The translations under genes and the position numbers were made by a program. From NCBI GenBank assembly GCA_964598505.1, contig CAZRCF010000001.1:73480-137479 (forward strand): 64,000 bases of DNA. The letters run 5' to 3'. Numbering within the stretch: the stretch's first letter is position 1; each line of letters begins with the position of its first letter. This DNA is from an uncultured Lentimicrobiaceae bacterium. GTDB lineage: Bacteria > Bacteroidota > Bacteroidia > Bacteroidales > WCHB1-69. Under the pieces are notes generated by a model that ran no database searches, was not told the DNA's origin, and worked only from the letters and a program-made list of their open reading frames with translations. Shown here piece by piece: positions 10,026-19,718 of this stretch.

Positions 10026-10487
10026 ATGTTTTTATGTGAAATATTAATGGAACAACAGCAAGCTCCTGCACCGCCTCCGAAAGTTCCTGCACAACATGTT
10101 CACGTTCATGTCCAACAACCATCTGCTCCAAAAGAAAAAAAAGAACCAGAGCCAAAACAACCTGTTCAAGTTCAACAACAGGTTCCTGTTCAAGCTCCTG
10201 TTCAAGCGGACCAATATGGTGATGAATATGATCCTGAATTAGATGCAGAAGAAATACCTGAGGCGCCACCATTTCAGGAGATCTTGCCGATGAAAAGGTA
10301 TTATTTAATTGGAAGATTAAGAGAACTGAAATCCCGTTTAGATCAAAATAATATTCAAAATACAGATTTTAATATTATAATGAGATTTATTAATAATTTA
10401 TCTTATAGTTCTTTAGTCTCATTAACTGGCGGGATAATTCCAGTTGTTGAAGATCAATTAGCGAGGTTAACAACTAATGTACAATAA
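10026..10487 (+). CDS. prohead core / scaffold-like protein (Pro/Gln-rich, acidic)
   Basis: 153-aa low-complexity ORF with AGGAGG RBS, between the portal and the protease. Confidence 0.45.
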   Translation: MFLCEILMEQQQAPAPPPKVPAQHVHVHVQQPSAPKEKKEPEPKQPVQVQQQVPVQAPVQADQYGDEYDPELDAEEIPEAPPFQEILPMKRYYLIGRLRELKSRLDQNNIQNTDFNIIMRFINNLSYSSLVSLTGGIIPVVEDQLARLTTNVQ

Positions 10488-11262
10488 AAAAGATAGTAAT
10501 ACCAAACCAAAGAAGTACAATTTTATTTTTGAGAGAACATCGATGGTTAGGAACCATGACATTGAAATTTTGGAAGAGACAAGTATTGGTAATGGAAAAC
10601 ATAAAGTAGCGGCAAGATGTTCTTTACAAGAATCAGAAGTAAAGAATCGTAATAATCGTTATTACACGTCAGCTATTTGTGAATCTATTGTCAATCAACT
10701 TTCACCTAAAGCAACAGGTCGTTCTTTGCTGATGGAAGTAGATCATCCATTATTTGGTTCTAGTAATCCAGACGATCTCAAAAGAAGGGCATCAATTATA
10801 GAGATTAATAATTGTGGTGCATTAATACGTGAAATTGGATTTAAAAATAAACAAATTTATGGTATCTTTGAAACTCTTAGTGGTTTTAAAGGACCGGATT
10901 TGTATAATCTAATTACTAAAGATAAAGTTGATATTGGATTTTCATTAAGAGCTCTAGGTGCAGTAGAAACATTGCAAGATGGAACTATAATGGTTAAAGA
11001 CCCAATTAGACCAATTACTTACGACATCGTATCAAATCCAAGTCATGTTAATGCAAGAGTTCTTGAATTTTTGCCTGAAACTGCAAGTGAATTTATTCCC
11101 GATGGTAATGTAATTTGTGAAGCAGAGATGTTAGATATTCTCGGCAAAGATCAGATTGCAATTTCAGAGGGCGATTCAACGGTTATTCGATTCATTGACG
11201 ATATTATCAATGAAAGATTTGAAAGTGTAGTTTCTAAAGGAATTAAATTTAGAATCTATTAA
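10477..11262 (+). CDS. prohead core protease, T4 gp21-like
   Basis: The strings VKNRNNRYY, MEVDHP and GFSLRALG parallel NRNKRLY, ELNHP and VSSRGLG of T4 gp21 as I recall it. Confidence 0.75.
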   Translation: MYNKKDSNTKPKKYNFIFERTSMVRNHDIEILEETSIGNGKHKVAARCSLQESEVKNRNNRYYTSAICESIVNQLSPKATGRSLLMEVDHPLFGSSNPDDLKRRASIIEINNCGALIREIGFKNKQIYGIFETLSGFKGPDLYNLITKDKVDIGFSLRALGAVETLQDGTIMVKDPIRPITYDIVSNPSHVNARVLEFLPETASEFIPDGNVICEAEMLDILGKDQIAISEGDSTVIRFIDDIINERFESVVSKGIKFRIY

Positions 11263-11299
11263 ATAAAAAAATTAAATACTTTTAAGGAGATTTTTGATT

Positions 11300-12886
11300 A
11301 TGGAACTGGCTTTATTTGAAAATTACGAACATTTCATCAATGAACATAGTGATGATCTGTCAAATCCCGCTGGCGCACTAAAAATGATTACAGACAATGG
11401 TATGTTCCGAGCATATATGGATGCACTGACTGAGGGTCTGGAACCCCGTGTTAGATCTTCTGTGCTTGGTGTAGCAAATCGTCAGAGAGAAATGCTTCTG
11501 ACAGAATCTGCGAACGTTCCCGGTTCGAGTCTTAGTTTTGGTTGGACTGTGCTCAGTTTCCCGATTTTGGTTGATATTTACGCTGAACCTATTGTCAGCG
11601 AACTTTGCAATGTTTATCCGGTATCTTCCCCTGTTGCTTCTATTCCTCGTATTAAGATTATGGCTTATATTAAGGGCTATAGTGGAGCAGTTACTCAGGT
11701 TAAGATTCCTACTATGACTCAGTCTGTGCGCCCAGGTGCACTTGCTTTGACAGTTAGTCCGGCAGTTTCAAACAATATGTTTACATTGGCATCAGCTGCA
11801 GTTGCTCCCGCAACAGTATCTGGAGATCTGTATCGTATTAATCGTAGATATACTTTAATTACCAGCATTACAAGTAATGAGCTTCACGGTGGAGTTAATA
11901 CTGTTACAACTACAAATGTTGTTATTAAACCGGATAATCGTAATCAGTTTGTTGGCACATTCACTTATAATGATTTTGCTGGTGTAGCTGTTGTTGGATC
12001 ACTCACAGGTCATATTAATTATGATACAAGTGTGTTCTCATTCAATGTAATTTATTCAGGTGGAACTGGTGCTTCTACATTTACTTGCGTAACTGCAGTA
12101 ATGAGCATGAGATTCATGCCAACTAATACAATGAATGGTCGTGTAAAAGTCAAGATTGAAACCGAAATGACAGATATTACGATCGATCCGAATGAAGATT
12201 TCTTGATCGAGCTGCCACCTGAAGACATTCAGGACTTTAATGCAATCTTTAAGATTGATATTATTCGCACATTGTCTGAAGCTATTAAACGTCAGATTAT
12301 GTTGAACAAAGATACCGATTTGGCTTATTTCCTGTTGGCTGCTGAAGCTGATATGGCAACAAATGGTACATCTTTGTCTATGGATCTTGCTGATTACGAT
12401 ATGACTGGTACACGCTTCCAGCCGAACAGCATTATCGATGTATTCAAAGCTGTTATTCCTCGTATTGCAATTCTTGCTGGTACAATCCGCAGGAACTTCA
12501 ATATGTATCCTACCTACTTAGTAGCTGGTCTTAAGACCTCTGCTCTGCTTCGTTCACTTCAGACTCTTGCTATTGCAATGCCTGGTATCGGTCAGGGTGA
12601 CGGTGGATTAGGTTGGACTGGTGATACCGCAAGCTTCTTGAAGATGAAAGTTCTTGAGAGCAATGCTATCACAGAAGGAAAGATTTATCTGTCTACAAAG
12701 GCACCAAATGATGCACTTGAGAAATCAACCATCATTGATTTGATCTATCAACCAATATATATTGTAACAGAAGTAACTGATGGTAACACCAGAAACTTCG
12801 TAAAAGCTCGTACGCTCATCGAAATTGCAAGAGCAGACGGTCTTGGAGTTATTAATATTGCCGGTATGGATACACATTTAGCATAA
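11300..12886 (+). CDS. major capsid protein (assigned by position)
   Basis: An ORF of about 528 aa directly after the protease. GC content and codon usage look like a highly expressed gene. ATG 11300 is preferred over TTG 11294 because of its spacing from the AAGGAG RBS. Confidence 0.6.
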   Translation: MELALFENYEHFINEHSDDLSNPAGALKMITDNGMFRAYMDALTEGLEPRVRSSVLGVANRQREMLLTESANVPGSSLSFGWTVLSFPILVDIYAEPIVSELCNVYPVSSPVASIPRIKIMAYIKGYSGAVTQVKIPTMTQSVRPGALALTVSPAVSNNMFTLASAAVAPATVSGDLYRINRRYTLITSITSNELHGGVNTVTTTNVVIKPDNRNQFVGTFTYNDFAGVAVVGSLTGHINYDTSVFSFNVIYSGGTGASTFTCVTAVMSMRFMPTNTMNGRVKVKIETEMTDITIDPNEDFLIELPPEDIQDFNAIFKIDIIRTLSEAIKRQIMLNKDTDLAYFLLAAEADMATNGTSLSMDLADYDMTGTRFQPNSIIDVFKAVIPRIAILAGTIRRNFNMYPTYLVAGLKTSALLRSLQTLAIAMPGIGQGDGGLGWTGDTASFLKMKVLESNAITEGKIYLSTKAPNDALEKSTIIDLIYQPIYIVTEVTDGNTRNFVKARTLIEIARADGLGVINIAGMDTHLA

Positions 12887-12894
12887 ATTAAAAA

Positions 12895-12940
12895 TACCGG
12901 TAAGATCTGAATAAGTTTCTTTATTTAGATCTTGCCGGTA
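12895..12940. terminator. Class-I conserved-stem hairpin (variant CCGGTAAGATCT / AGATCTTGCCGG)
   Basis: Long inverted repeat 9 nt after the capsid gene stop. Confidence 0.55.
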
Positions 12941-12967
12941 TTAAATACTTCTTGAATCGAGTAAGCT

Positions 12968-13177
12968 ATGAATTTAGAATCTATAGATCGATCTAATCCA
13001 AAAGGTTTTATAATATATTGGAAACAAAGACCATTTCATTTTGAAGAAGTATTTAAAATATCCTCTACTCGTATTGAAGAATTAGCTGATAAAATATTAA
13101 ACGAAGAGATATTTAAGGATATTAAATTTACAAATATTGACGACGAATATTATAGTGACTTAAAAGGTGAATTATAA
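12968..13177 (+). CDS. hypothetical protein
   Basis: 69-aa ORF in the structural arm. Confidence 0.5.
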   Translation: MNLESIDRSNPKGFIIYWKQRPFHFEEVFKISSTRIEELADKILNEEIFKDIKFTNIDDEYYSDLKGEL

Positions 13178-13447
13178 ATGGCGACAATACTAACAGTAGA
13201 AGTTAAGGGAGTTTCTAAATCTGAACTTGAAAAGAATTTTCAAATAGTTGATACATATATGAATCAACAAAATATATTTGAATTAGTTTCAAGTACTAAA
13301 CCTAATTACAACCCAAGGATTTATTATAATCAGAAAACACTTAATTCAAAAGATATTCATGATATTATAACAGTATTAAAGACAGATAAAGTAATTTGTC
13401 ACGCGGTTAGAGTAGTTGAAATTGCAGGTCATCTAAATAAAGTTTAA
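13178..13447 (+). CDS. hypothetical protein
   Basis: 89-aa ORF whose start abuts the upstream stop. Confidence 0.5.
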   Translation: MATILTVEVKGVSKSELEKNFQIVDTYMNQQNIFELVSSTKPNYNPRIYYNQKTLNSKDIHDIITVLKTDKVICHAVRVVEIAGHLNKV

Positions 13448-13470
13448 AGTGAAAATAAAACGGAGGCGAA

Positions 13471-14376
13471 ATGTTAAGTTCATTTTTAAAAGCAGCAGAA
13501 GCAGTTGCGGGAATTAAGAAACAAGAAGTTCCTTTACCAATTGCACAAAAACAAGCAATAGTAACACCATTAAGAGTTGGCGATGATCTTTCAATGAGAT
13601 CTTCTTTAACATCTCCAGTTAATTATGATAGAGAAATGACTCGTATGCTTTATGATCATACTGAAGTTGTTTTATCTGAGGGAGCGACTCCAGTTAGAGA
13701 AAATTTTGAAAAGTTCTGTGCAACTCTATCTAACATTGATAAAATTTGTTTAATTTGGGCATTGTATAAAACCACATATGAAACACTCGGACAGAGATCT
13801 TTTAAATGTGATAAAGACAATTGTAAAACAGAATTCAAACAAGAGATTTTGTTAGATACATTAATTCAGGAAGATACATTTACTATTTGGGAAGAAGAAA
13901 AACAATTTTATGATTTTATATTTCCAATTGAAGTAGATTATGAAGGGTTTGTTTATGTATTCGAAAGCAGATTACCTTCAATTAAAGATAATAACAGATT
14001 GCTTAGCAATTTGTCAATAGATGCTCTTCAGAATAATTTAAATCAGACGGGTGCATTATTTACTCGGCGAGAGCAGATGACTCTTTTGTCAAGAGCAGTC
14101 TCTATTATTAAAAAAGGAATGGCGCTTGATGCTGAAGCTCCTAGAACAGAAAGTATGCAAGAAATGTTAATGGCTTTTGCCAATTATGTACCTCACATTG
14201 TATCCGAGGAATTCTTCAAAAAATATCGAGACAAGTTTGACAAATATTATCCAAAGTTCTACACTAATGTGAATTGTCCAGCTTGTAACTCTCAGATCAA
14301 ATTCCAAATTGATCTGGAAGTCGAGTTTTTTCGTCGAAGCTTATTTGGTAGAGGGGAGGGCGTCGAAGAGTTATAA
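13471..14376 (+). CDS. hypothetical virion-module protein with a C-terminal CPAC motif
   Basis: 301-aa ORF with GGAGG RBS. Confidence 0.6.
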   Translation: MLSSFLKAAEAVAGIKKQEVPLPIAQKQAIVTPLRVGDDLSMRSSLTSPVNYDREMTRMLYDHTEVVLSEGATPVRENFEKFCATLSNIDKICLIWALYKTTYETLGQRSFKCDKDNCKTEFKQEILLDTLIQEDTFTIWEEEKQFYDFIFPIEVDYEGFVYVFESRLPSIKDNNRLLSNLSIDALQNNLNQTGALFTRREQMTLLSRAVSIIKKGMALDAEAPRTESMQEMLMAFANYVPHIVSEEFFKKYRDKFDKYYPKFYTNVNCPACNSQIKFQIDLEVEFFRRSLFGRGEGVEEL

Positions 14377-14434
14377 GTATTTTGTTGATACTTTTTTATT
14401 GTATCAAGTATTATTTGATAATGCTGGTGATCCG

Positions 14435-14584
14435 ATGTCCATATTGGATATGCCATATCCTCTATATAATGATATAATTTTAAAACAAATAGAAGAAAAG
14501 AAACGTGAAAAGAAACAATATGATCAAAAAATGTCTCAAGTAAAGGCATCACAAAGTAAGAAATCTTCACCGAAAAGAAGGTAA
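14435..14584 (+). CDS. hypothetical small basic protein (start uncertain)
   Basis: The track ORF 14309..14584 overlaps the upstream gene, so the internal ATG at 14435 is preferred. The RBS is weak. Confidence 0.3.
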   Translation: MSILDMPYPLYNDIILKQIEEKKREKKQYDQKMSQVKASQSKKSSPKRR

Positions 14585-14593
14585 GGTAAACAT

Positions 14594-15130
14594 ATGGACG
14601 TAAATTTTACAACATTGCCAATTAGTATACAACGTCAAATTCCTTTATCTCTTAGATCATATAAAGATGTACATGTATTTGAGGAATTGCCAGTAACAAT
14701 TCAATATATTATTAGAGATTATTTTGAAAAATTTGTAAGCGTTGAATATTCCGTTTCTTTTGATCTTAAACCTCAAATTTCAAAATATAATGATTATTTA
14801 TCTTTTGATAATTTGACAGATCTTATTTCTGAATATTTAAAAAACTATTTATTAATATTACCAGAGACGTATCCATTTGATCCATATTTTGGTAGTAGAT
14901 TGAAATATCAAGTTCAAACAAGGGATTTAAATTTGCGACAAACATTGATAACATCTGAAGTTAATAATATTGTTAAAGCTGTAGCTGCTGAAGTTAATGC
15001 AGATATAACTGTTGAGGCTGTAGAAATAGTACCAGTTTCAATGGGTGCATATACAGAATATAATGCCACAATTGTTTTGAAGCTTAATAATGATCAGAAA
15101 AAACAGATTAATATTAATTTTAGAAATTAA
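14594..15130 (+). CDS. baseplate wedge protein, GPW/gp25-like
   Basis: PFDPYFGSRLKYQV...VNADITVEAVEIVP resembles the gp25-family pattern (P.fGs.l....ep.v.v..v.v). Confidence 0.5.
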   Translation: MDVNFTTLPISIQRQIPLSLRSYKDVHVFEELPVTIQYIIRDYFEKFVSVEYSVSFDLKPQISKYNDYLSFDNLTDLISEYLKNYLLILPETYPFDPYFGSRLKYQVQTRDLNLRQTLITSEVNNIVKAVAAEVNADITVEAVEIVPVSMGAYTEYNATIVLKLNNDQKKQININFRN

Positions 15131-15139
15131 GTTAAAAAT

Positions 15140-15184
15140 ATCGGCAAGATCTTAGACTAGAAACAGTCTTAGACTCTTGCCGAT
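15140..15184. repeat. Class-I hairpin, one of two near-identical 45-nt copies
   Basis: ATCGGCAAGATCTTAGACTAGAAACAGTCTTAGACTCTTGCCGAT differs at one base from the copy at 21766-21810. It sits between convergent genes. Confidence 0.6.
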
Positions 15185-15197
15185 ATTCAAAATATAA

Positions 15198-15971
15198 TTA
15201 AGTAATTTTAATATTTTGCGCGATTTTTGCAATTGTTATTTCTTCAGGTTTATCAAGATTATAACTTATATATATTAAGATTGGTGATGTTTCATTAATA
15301 TATCTATCTTGTATAAAATCTGATTGAAATTTAATTTGAATTGATTTACCAATATGAATATCAAATATTGGCCATAATGGCAATACATATTGTATTACAT
15401 TTATGATTTCATATTTTGAACATTCTCCAATAAATAATTCTTTTGGATTTGTTACAGAAACAAATAATTGACACATTGTTTTATTAACAGTTGAGAATAT
15501 AAATCCAGGTCTTAGAATGATCGGAAATGCTTTAAGAAAATCACTTTTAAACTTAATCTTTTGATTATAAATAAAAGTTTCTGGTTCACATTCGATTAAT
15601 TGAAAAATCATTTTTGGATCAACAACAACTTCCACTTTATCTTTTTTACTTTGTTTAACGGCGGAGAAATGGATATAACCTTCTGTTGCGTCGCCAAACA
15701 TATCAGCTGGAAGATTGCTAACACAATCAAATTTTATATTATTATCAATAACAGAGTATTGTGAAATACTTGAAATTGAATCATATAAAGTTTGAACTCT
15801 ATGTAATTGACTGATAGGGAGTATAAATCTAGAACTGAAATTATCTTTGATCTTTTTAAAAGGACTAATAACATCTGTAAAGTTTCCGATATTTTTTGCA
15901 AGAATAAAATTTTGATCTGTTGAGATTACGGCCTGTGTAGAGTTATTATTTTGTTTTGGTCGGTTCAACAT
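15198..15971 (-). CDS. hypothetical protein (the only minus-strand gene inside the late arm)
   Basis: 257-aa ORF with AGGAGG RBS and the promoter box 16025-16045 upstream. Confidence 0.6.
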   Translation of the reverse strand: MLNRPKQNNNSTQAVISTDQNFILAKNIGNFTDVISPFKKIKDNFSSRFILPISQLHRVQTLYDSISSISQYSVIDNNIKFDCVSNLPADMFGDATEGYIHFSAVKQSKKDKVEVVVDPKMIFQLIECEPETFIYNQKIKFKSDFLKAFPIILRPGFIFSTVNKTMCQLFVSVTNPKELFIGECSKYEIINVIQYVLPLWPIFDIHIGKSIQIKFQSDFIQDRYINETSPILIYISYNLDKPEEITIAKIAQNIKIT

Positions 15972-16024
15972 AAATTGTGTTCCTCCTTTAGTAAAATAGA
16001 ATTTTGGAATTTAATATCCTAAAA

Positions 16025-16045
16025 ATAATATTTCTATATAAAAAT
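16025..16045 (-). promoter_or_regulatory. conserved promoter-like box
   Basis: AATAATATTTCTATATAAAAA on the + strand reads in sense on the - strand, upstream of 15971. Confidence 0.45.
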
Positions 16046-16067
16046 AGATGTATAATGGAGTAGTATA

Positions 16068-17021
16068 ATGCAAAGTGCTTTGTATGATCCACAATCAGTT
16101 CAAACATATCATACTGAATATTTAAAACTTATTAATTATTATATGAATACAAAGCGGCCAAGTACATTTGTTAGATATTTCAATATAGATATAGACAATT
16201 CTACATATGATGATAAACTTGATGCTACATATGATTTATATCATGTATCAAATATTAAGTTTAATATCTATGATTTTACGCCGTCTTATTATTTAGCTCC
16301 TGTAGTAAATGCCGCTTCAAATGTTCCAGATTTACGTGGTCAAATGATGGACGCGACATCCTCAATTGTTGTTTACTCAATTGAGTCGCCAAGAATTCAT
16401 GATGTTTTGATGTTTTATGGTCCAGTGGCTAGCGGCGAGATCTTCAGAGTAACTGGATTGAGAACTCCTGTTAATGCTGTTCATTCTAATCCAAATGTTA
16501 GATGGTTTGAGTTAGAGTTAGAATATGCACCAATAAAAACAACACAAGAATTAAAAATTTTAAATCATTTTGTTTATGATTTGTCCGAAGAAAAATATAT
16601 CACATATACAGATTATCAAAATTTCACAAAGAATATAAAATCTTGTGAATTAATTCTTGACGAATTAATAAAGTATTATGATATGTATAATGATTTATAT
16701 CAATCTAACCAGCTCGCGCCGGTAGAAGTAAATGAAGTTATTATTTTCTTTAAAAAGATTTATGCAATAAAATATAAGAGAATCTATGAAAAATATAATC
16801 TTCCATATGGGTATTTAGATAAAATGAATTTCACTCAATATTATTCAAGTGTTGATTCATTACCATTTAAAATAGGAAATTATACATATCATGTTTATAA
16901 TCTAATTACAAAAAAAGTAGAAGACTATACTTGGTCAGTTACACATAAAATCCCTAATAATGATCTTGACAAAATGTTTCAATTAGCTTACAAATTGTTA
17001 CAAGAAGCATTTGGTTGGTAA
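16068..17021 (+). CDS. hypothetical tail/baseplate-module protein
   Basis: 317-aa ORF. The module assignment is by position only. Confidence 0.55.
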   Translation: MQSALYDPQSVQTYHTEYLKLINYYMNTKRPSTFVRYFNIDIDNSTYDDKLDATYDLYHVSNIKFNIYDFTPSYYLAPVVNAASNVPDLRGQMMDATSSIVVYSIESPRIHDVLMFYGPVASGEIFRVTGLRTPVNAVHSNPNVRWFELELEYAPIKTTQELKILNHFVYDLSEEKYITYTDYQNFTKNIKSCELILDELIKYYDMYNDLYQSNQLAPVEVNEVIIFFKKIYAIKYKRIYEKYNLPYGYLDKMNFTQYYSSVDSLPFKIGNYTYHVYNLITKKVEDYTWSVTHKIPNNDLDKMFQLAYKLLQEAFGW

Positions 17022-17048
17022 AATTAATTAGGGAAAGAAGGAGACGCC

Positions 17049-18755
17049 GTGTCGACCGATATTAATGATATTAATGGAAGTTCAGAAAATGAAAGTATAG
17101 GGTTAACACCTCTAACTATTGACGAAGTTAGAAATTTTTTTAATACCTATATTAAACCCTTTTCACCATATCAAGATGAAAAGGTTTATGATACAATAAT
17201 TAATAATCTTACGGAATATTACCACACTCAGATGTATTTGAATGTCCCTTCAAAATTAAAACAACTTTATGAAGAAGCAAATTTTGATTCTCTCGAAATA
17301 TATAATTTATTATTAATTGCAATAGGAGTTCCAGCAGCAATTATAAATACTATCTCTTTTAATGATAAAATAATATTTTTAAAAACATTTTCTGATTTTG
17401 AGAGACATAAAGGGACAATATCATTTTTCAAAAAAGTTGGAGAAGCATTTGGTGATAAAGTTAGTATTTATGAGTTATTTATTGATCTTGAAGATTCAGT
17501 ATGGGTTTTTAAACCTGTTATGATATATCTTAATAGTGATATGATTTTAAATACTACTTCAATTCCATATGAAACAGTTCAAAATTATGTACCATCTCTA
17601 CTTCTTAATACAGATCAATTGGATACTTTATATGAAGAAGAAAAAGTAATCTTGCCGATAAAATCAAATTTAATACTACTCGACAATGATATGGTAACAA
17701 ATATTTCAGTTATATATGATGTTATTGTTGCAATTTTTCTTCATACATATAAAGATAATTATATTGATTTATATTTTAAGGATACAGTTCAAGCTGTTCA
17801 ATTAAAAACAATATATTTTCTATGGTATTATTTATTAACAGATTACAATGAAATATCTTGGACAGCTTTTAATCCAACAAATTTATTAAGATTTACATAT
17901 GATGATATTGGTTTTCCATCTTTTATTGGAACAACTCCAACAACAATAGAAAATTTATCATTGATTATTGATAGGTATACTGATATAGGAATTAAAAATA
18001 CAACAACTAGAGATGTTGATAATTCTTTAAGTGAAAGAGATGAATTATATAAAGATATTTCAACGGCATTTTATATATTTACAGATTCATCTGCAACAAC
18101 TTTAGAAGAAATGTATGATGAATTAAAACTTATGAATATGTCGTTAATTTCATATATTGATGATAGAATTTTAAATACTTCTATTGGAATAAAAGCTGAA
18201 ATTAATTTAATATTATCTGAAATTTATTCATCTTTAATATTATATGCATCTGGATATAATTCTGATATATATTTTTCACAATATGTTGATTATTTTTTAA
18301 AATACTTACCACAAATAAGAATTAATCCAGAAGATACGGTAACACATACAATAATATATAATTTAAAACCATTTCATGTTGAATTGTATAATAATAATAA
18401 CATTGGTCTGAGAATTCAAGATAAATTTGATCAAATATTTATTGATGATGAAAAAGAAAGTTCGATCTTATTCAAACTTATTAAAGCCAGCGCTTTATCA
18501 TTTTCAGATGAAATGTTGTTTGAATATGAATTTACTGGAATCTCGGACATAACACTTTTAGAAGATAATATTTATAATTTAGTCGCAGTGTTACCAGATA
18601 GTAATTTTTTATTTAATGATGAAATGATAAATAATGTAGATATGAATAAAGCAAGTAGTTCAGAGATATCAGAAAATGTAAGAAATGATATTATCGAAGA
18701 TACAGTTTCTGATATGGTGATGAGAAGTGTATTTACAGTAACTAAAGTTCCATAA
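17049..18755 (+). CDS. hypothetical tail/baseplate-module protein
   Basis: 568-aa ORF with a GTG start after AAGGAG. Confidence 0.55.
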   Translation: MSTDINDINGSSENESIGLTPLTIDEVRNFFNTYIKPFSPYQDEKVYDTIINNLTEYYHTQMYLNVPSKLKQLYEEANFDSLEIYNLLLIAIGVPAAIINTISFNDKIIFLKTFSDFERHKGTISFFKKVGEAFGDKVSIYELFIDLEDSVWVFKPVMIYLNSDMILNTTSIPYETVQNYVPSLLLNTDQLDTLYEEEKVILPIKSNLILLDNDMVTNISVIYDVIVAIFLHTYKDNYIDLYFKDTVQAVQLKTIYFLWYYLLTDYNEISWTAFNPTNLLRFTYDDIGFPSFIGTTPTTIENLSLIIDRYTDIGIKNTTTRDVDNSLSERDELYKDISTAFYIFTDSSATTLEEMYDELKLMNMSLISYIDDRILNTSIGIKAEINLILSEIYSSLILYASGYNSDIYFSQYVDYFLKYLPQIRINPEDTVTHTIIYNLKPFHVELYNNNNIGLRIQDKFDQIFIDDEKESSILFKLIKASALSFSDEMLFEYEFTGISDITLLEDNIYNLVAVLPDSNFLFNDEMINNVDMNKASSSEISENVRNDIIEDTVSDMVMRSVFTVTKVP

Positions 18756-18853
18756 TAATTGAAATGAATCAATTGTAAATTAGTTCCCGGAAAGATCTAA
18801 TTAACTTTAAACTCAGTTGTGATTTATTTTAATTTATTTTTGAGTCCATATTT

Positions 18854-19549
18854 ATGGAGGAATATGTGTTGAACCAAGATATTATACTTAAAGAAGATTA
18901 CAAAATTTTTGATGATCTTGTATCTAGAAATAAATCATCAAATGGATTAATTGGATGGGCAAAAATATTTTTGCAGACAAAAAATGGTCTTATTTATGAT
19001 GAAGAGTCAAATTTAGTTATTTCACAAGGTCGAGAATATGTAGCGCAACGGGTATTCAATAGTAATACATATTCCGGAGGCTCTAGACCAGATTGGAGGG
19101 GCTATGTGATTTCACATTTTGCTGTCGGAAGCGGTGGATCAACAATATCAGGTAGTCCTTCTACAATTACGTTAAATGGTCCATATATTTGTGATACAAG
19201 TTTATTGTCCACAACGTCTCTTGGAATCACAGGATATTTGACGGAACCAAGTGGAACAACATTAGCTGTAAAACCGATTATTTCAAGTGGTGGATCGGTT
19301 TATCTTGAATCTGCCAGCTATTCTGGTGGTGGTGTTTCATGTACAAATTATACAAAAATGAAATGTACATGTATTGTTCCTAGTGGTGAACCAAGTACTT
19401 TAGCACCTGGTGGAACGACAAGAATTGACGAAGCTGGATTATATTTTGCGTCCGGTTTAACTCCACTTTTATTTTCACATATATGTTTTGCACCAAAATG
19501 GAAAGAAAAAGAATCAACATTAACAATTCAATGGTACATTCTATTTTAA
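18854..19549 (+). CDS. hypothetical tail-module protein
   Basis: 231-aa ORF. GGAGG lies inside the first codons, so the true start may be GTG 18866. Confidence 0.5.
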   Translation: MEEYVLNQDIILKEDYKIFDDLVSRNKSSNGLIGWAKIFLQTKNGLIYDEESNLVISQGREYVAQRVFNSNTYSGGSRPDWRGYVISHFAVGSGGSTISGSPSTITLNGPYICDTSLLSTTSLGITGYLTEPSGTTLAVKPIISSGGSVYLESASYSGGGVSCTNYTKMKCTCIVPSGEPSTLAPGGTTRIDEAGLYFASGLTPLLFSHICFAPKWKEKESTLTIQWYILF

Positions 19550-19718
19550 TTCTATGATTTTAATAAATTTCAATAAATCAGATCACTAAATTGAAAATCA
19601 ATAAATATTTATTATAATTAATAATTTAGTTTTAATAATATCTGATTTAATAGTTTAGAAATGATTCTGATGAAATTTTAATTAAACATAGAACAATTCT
19701 ATTAAAGGAGATAAATTT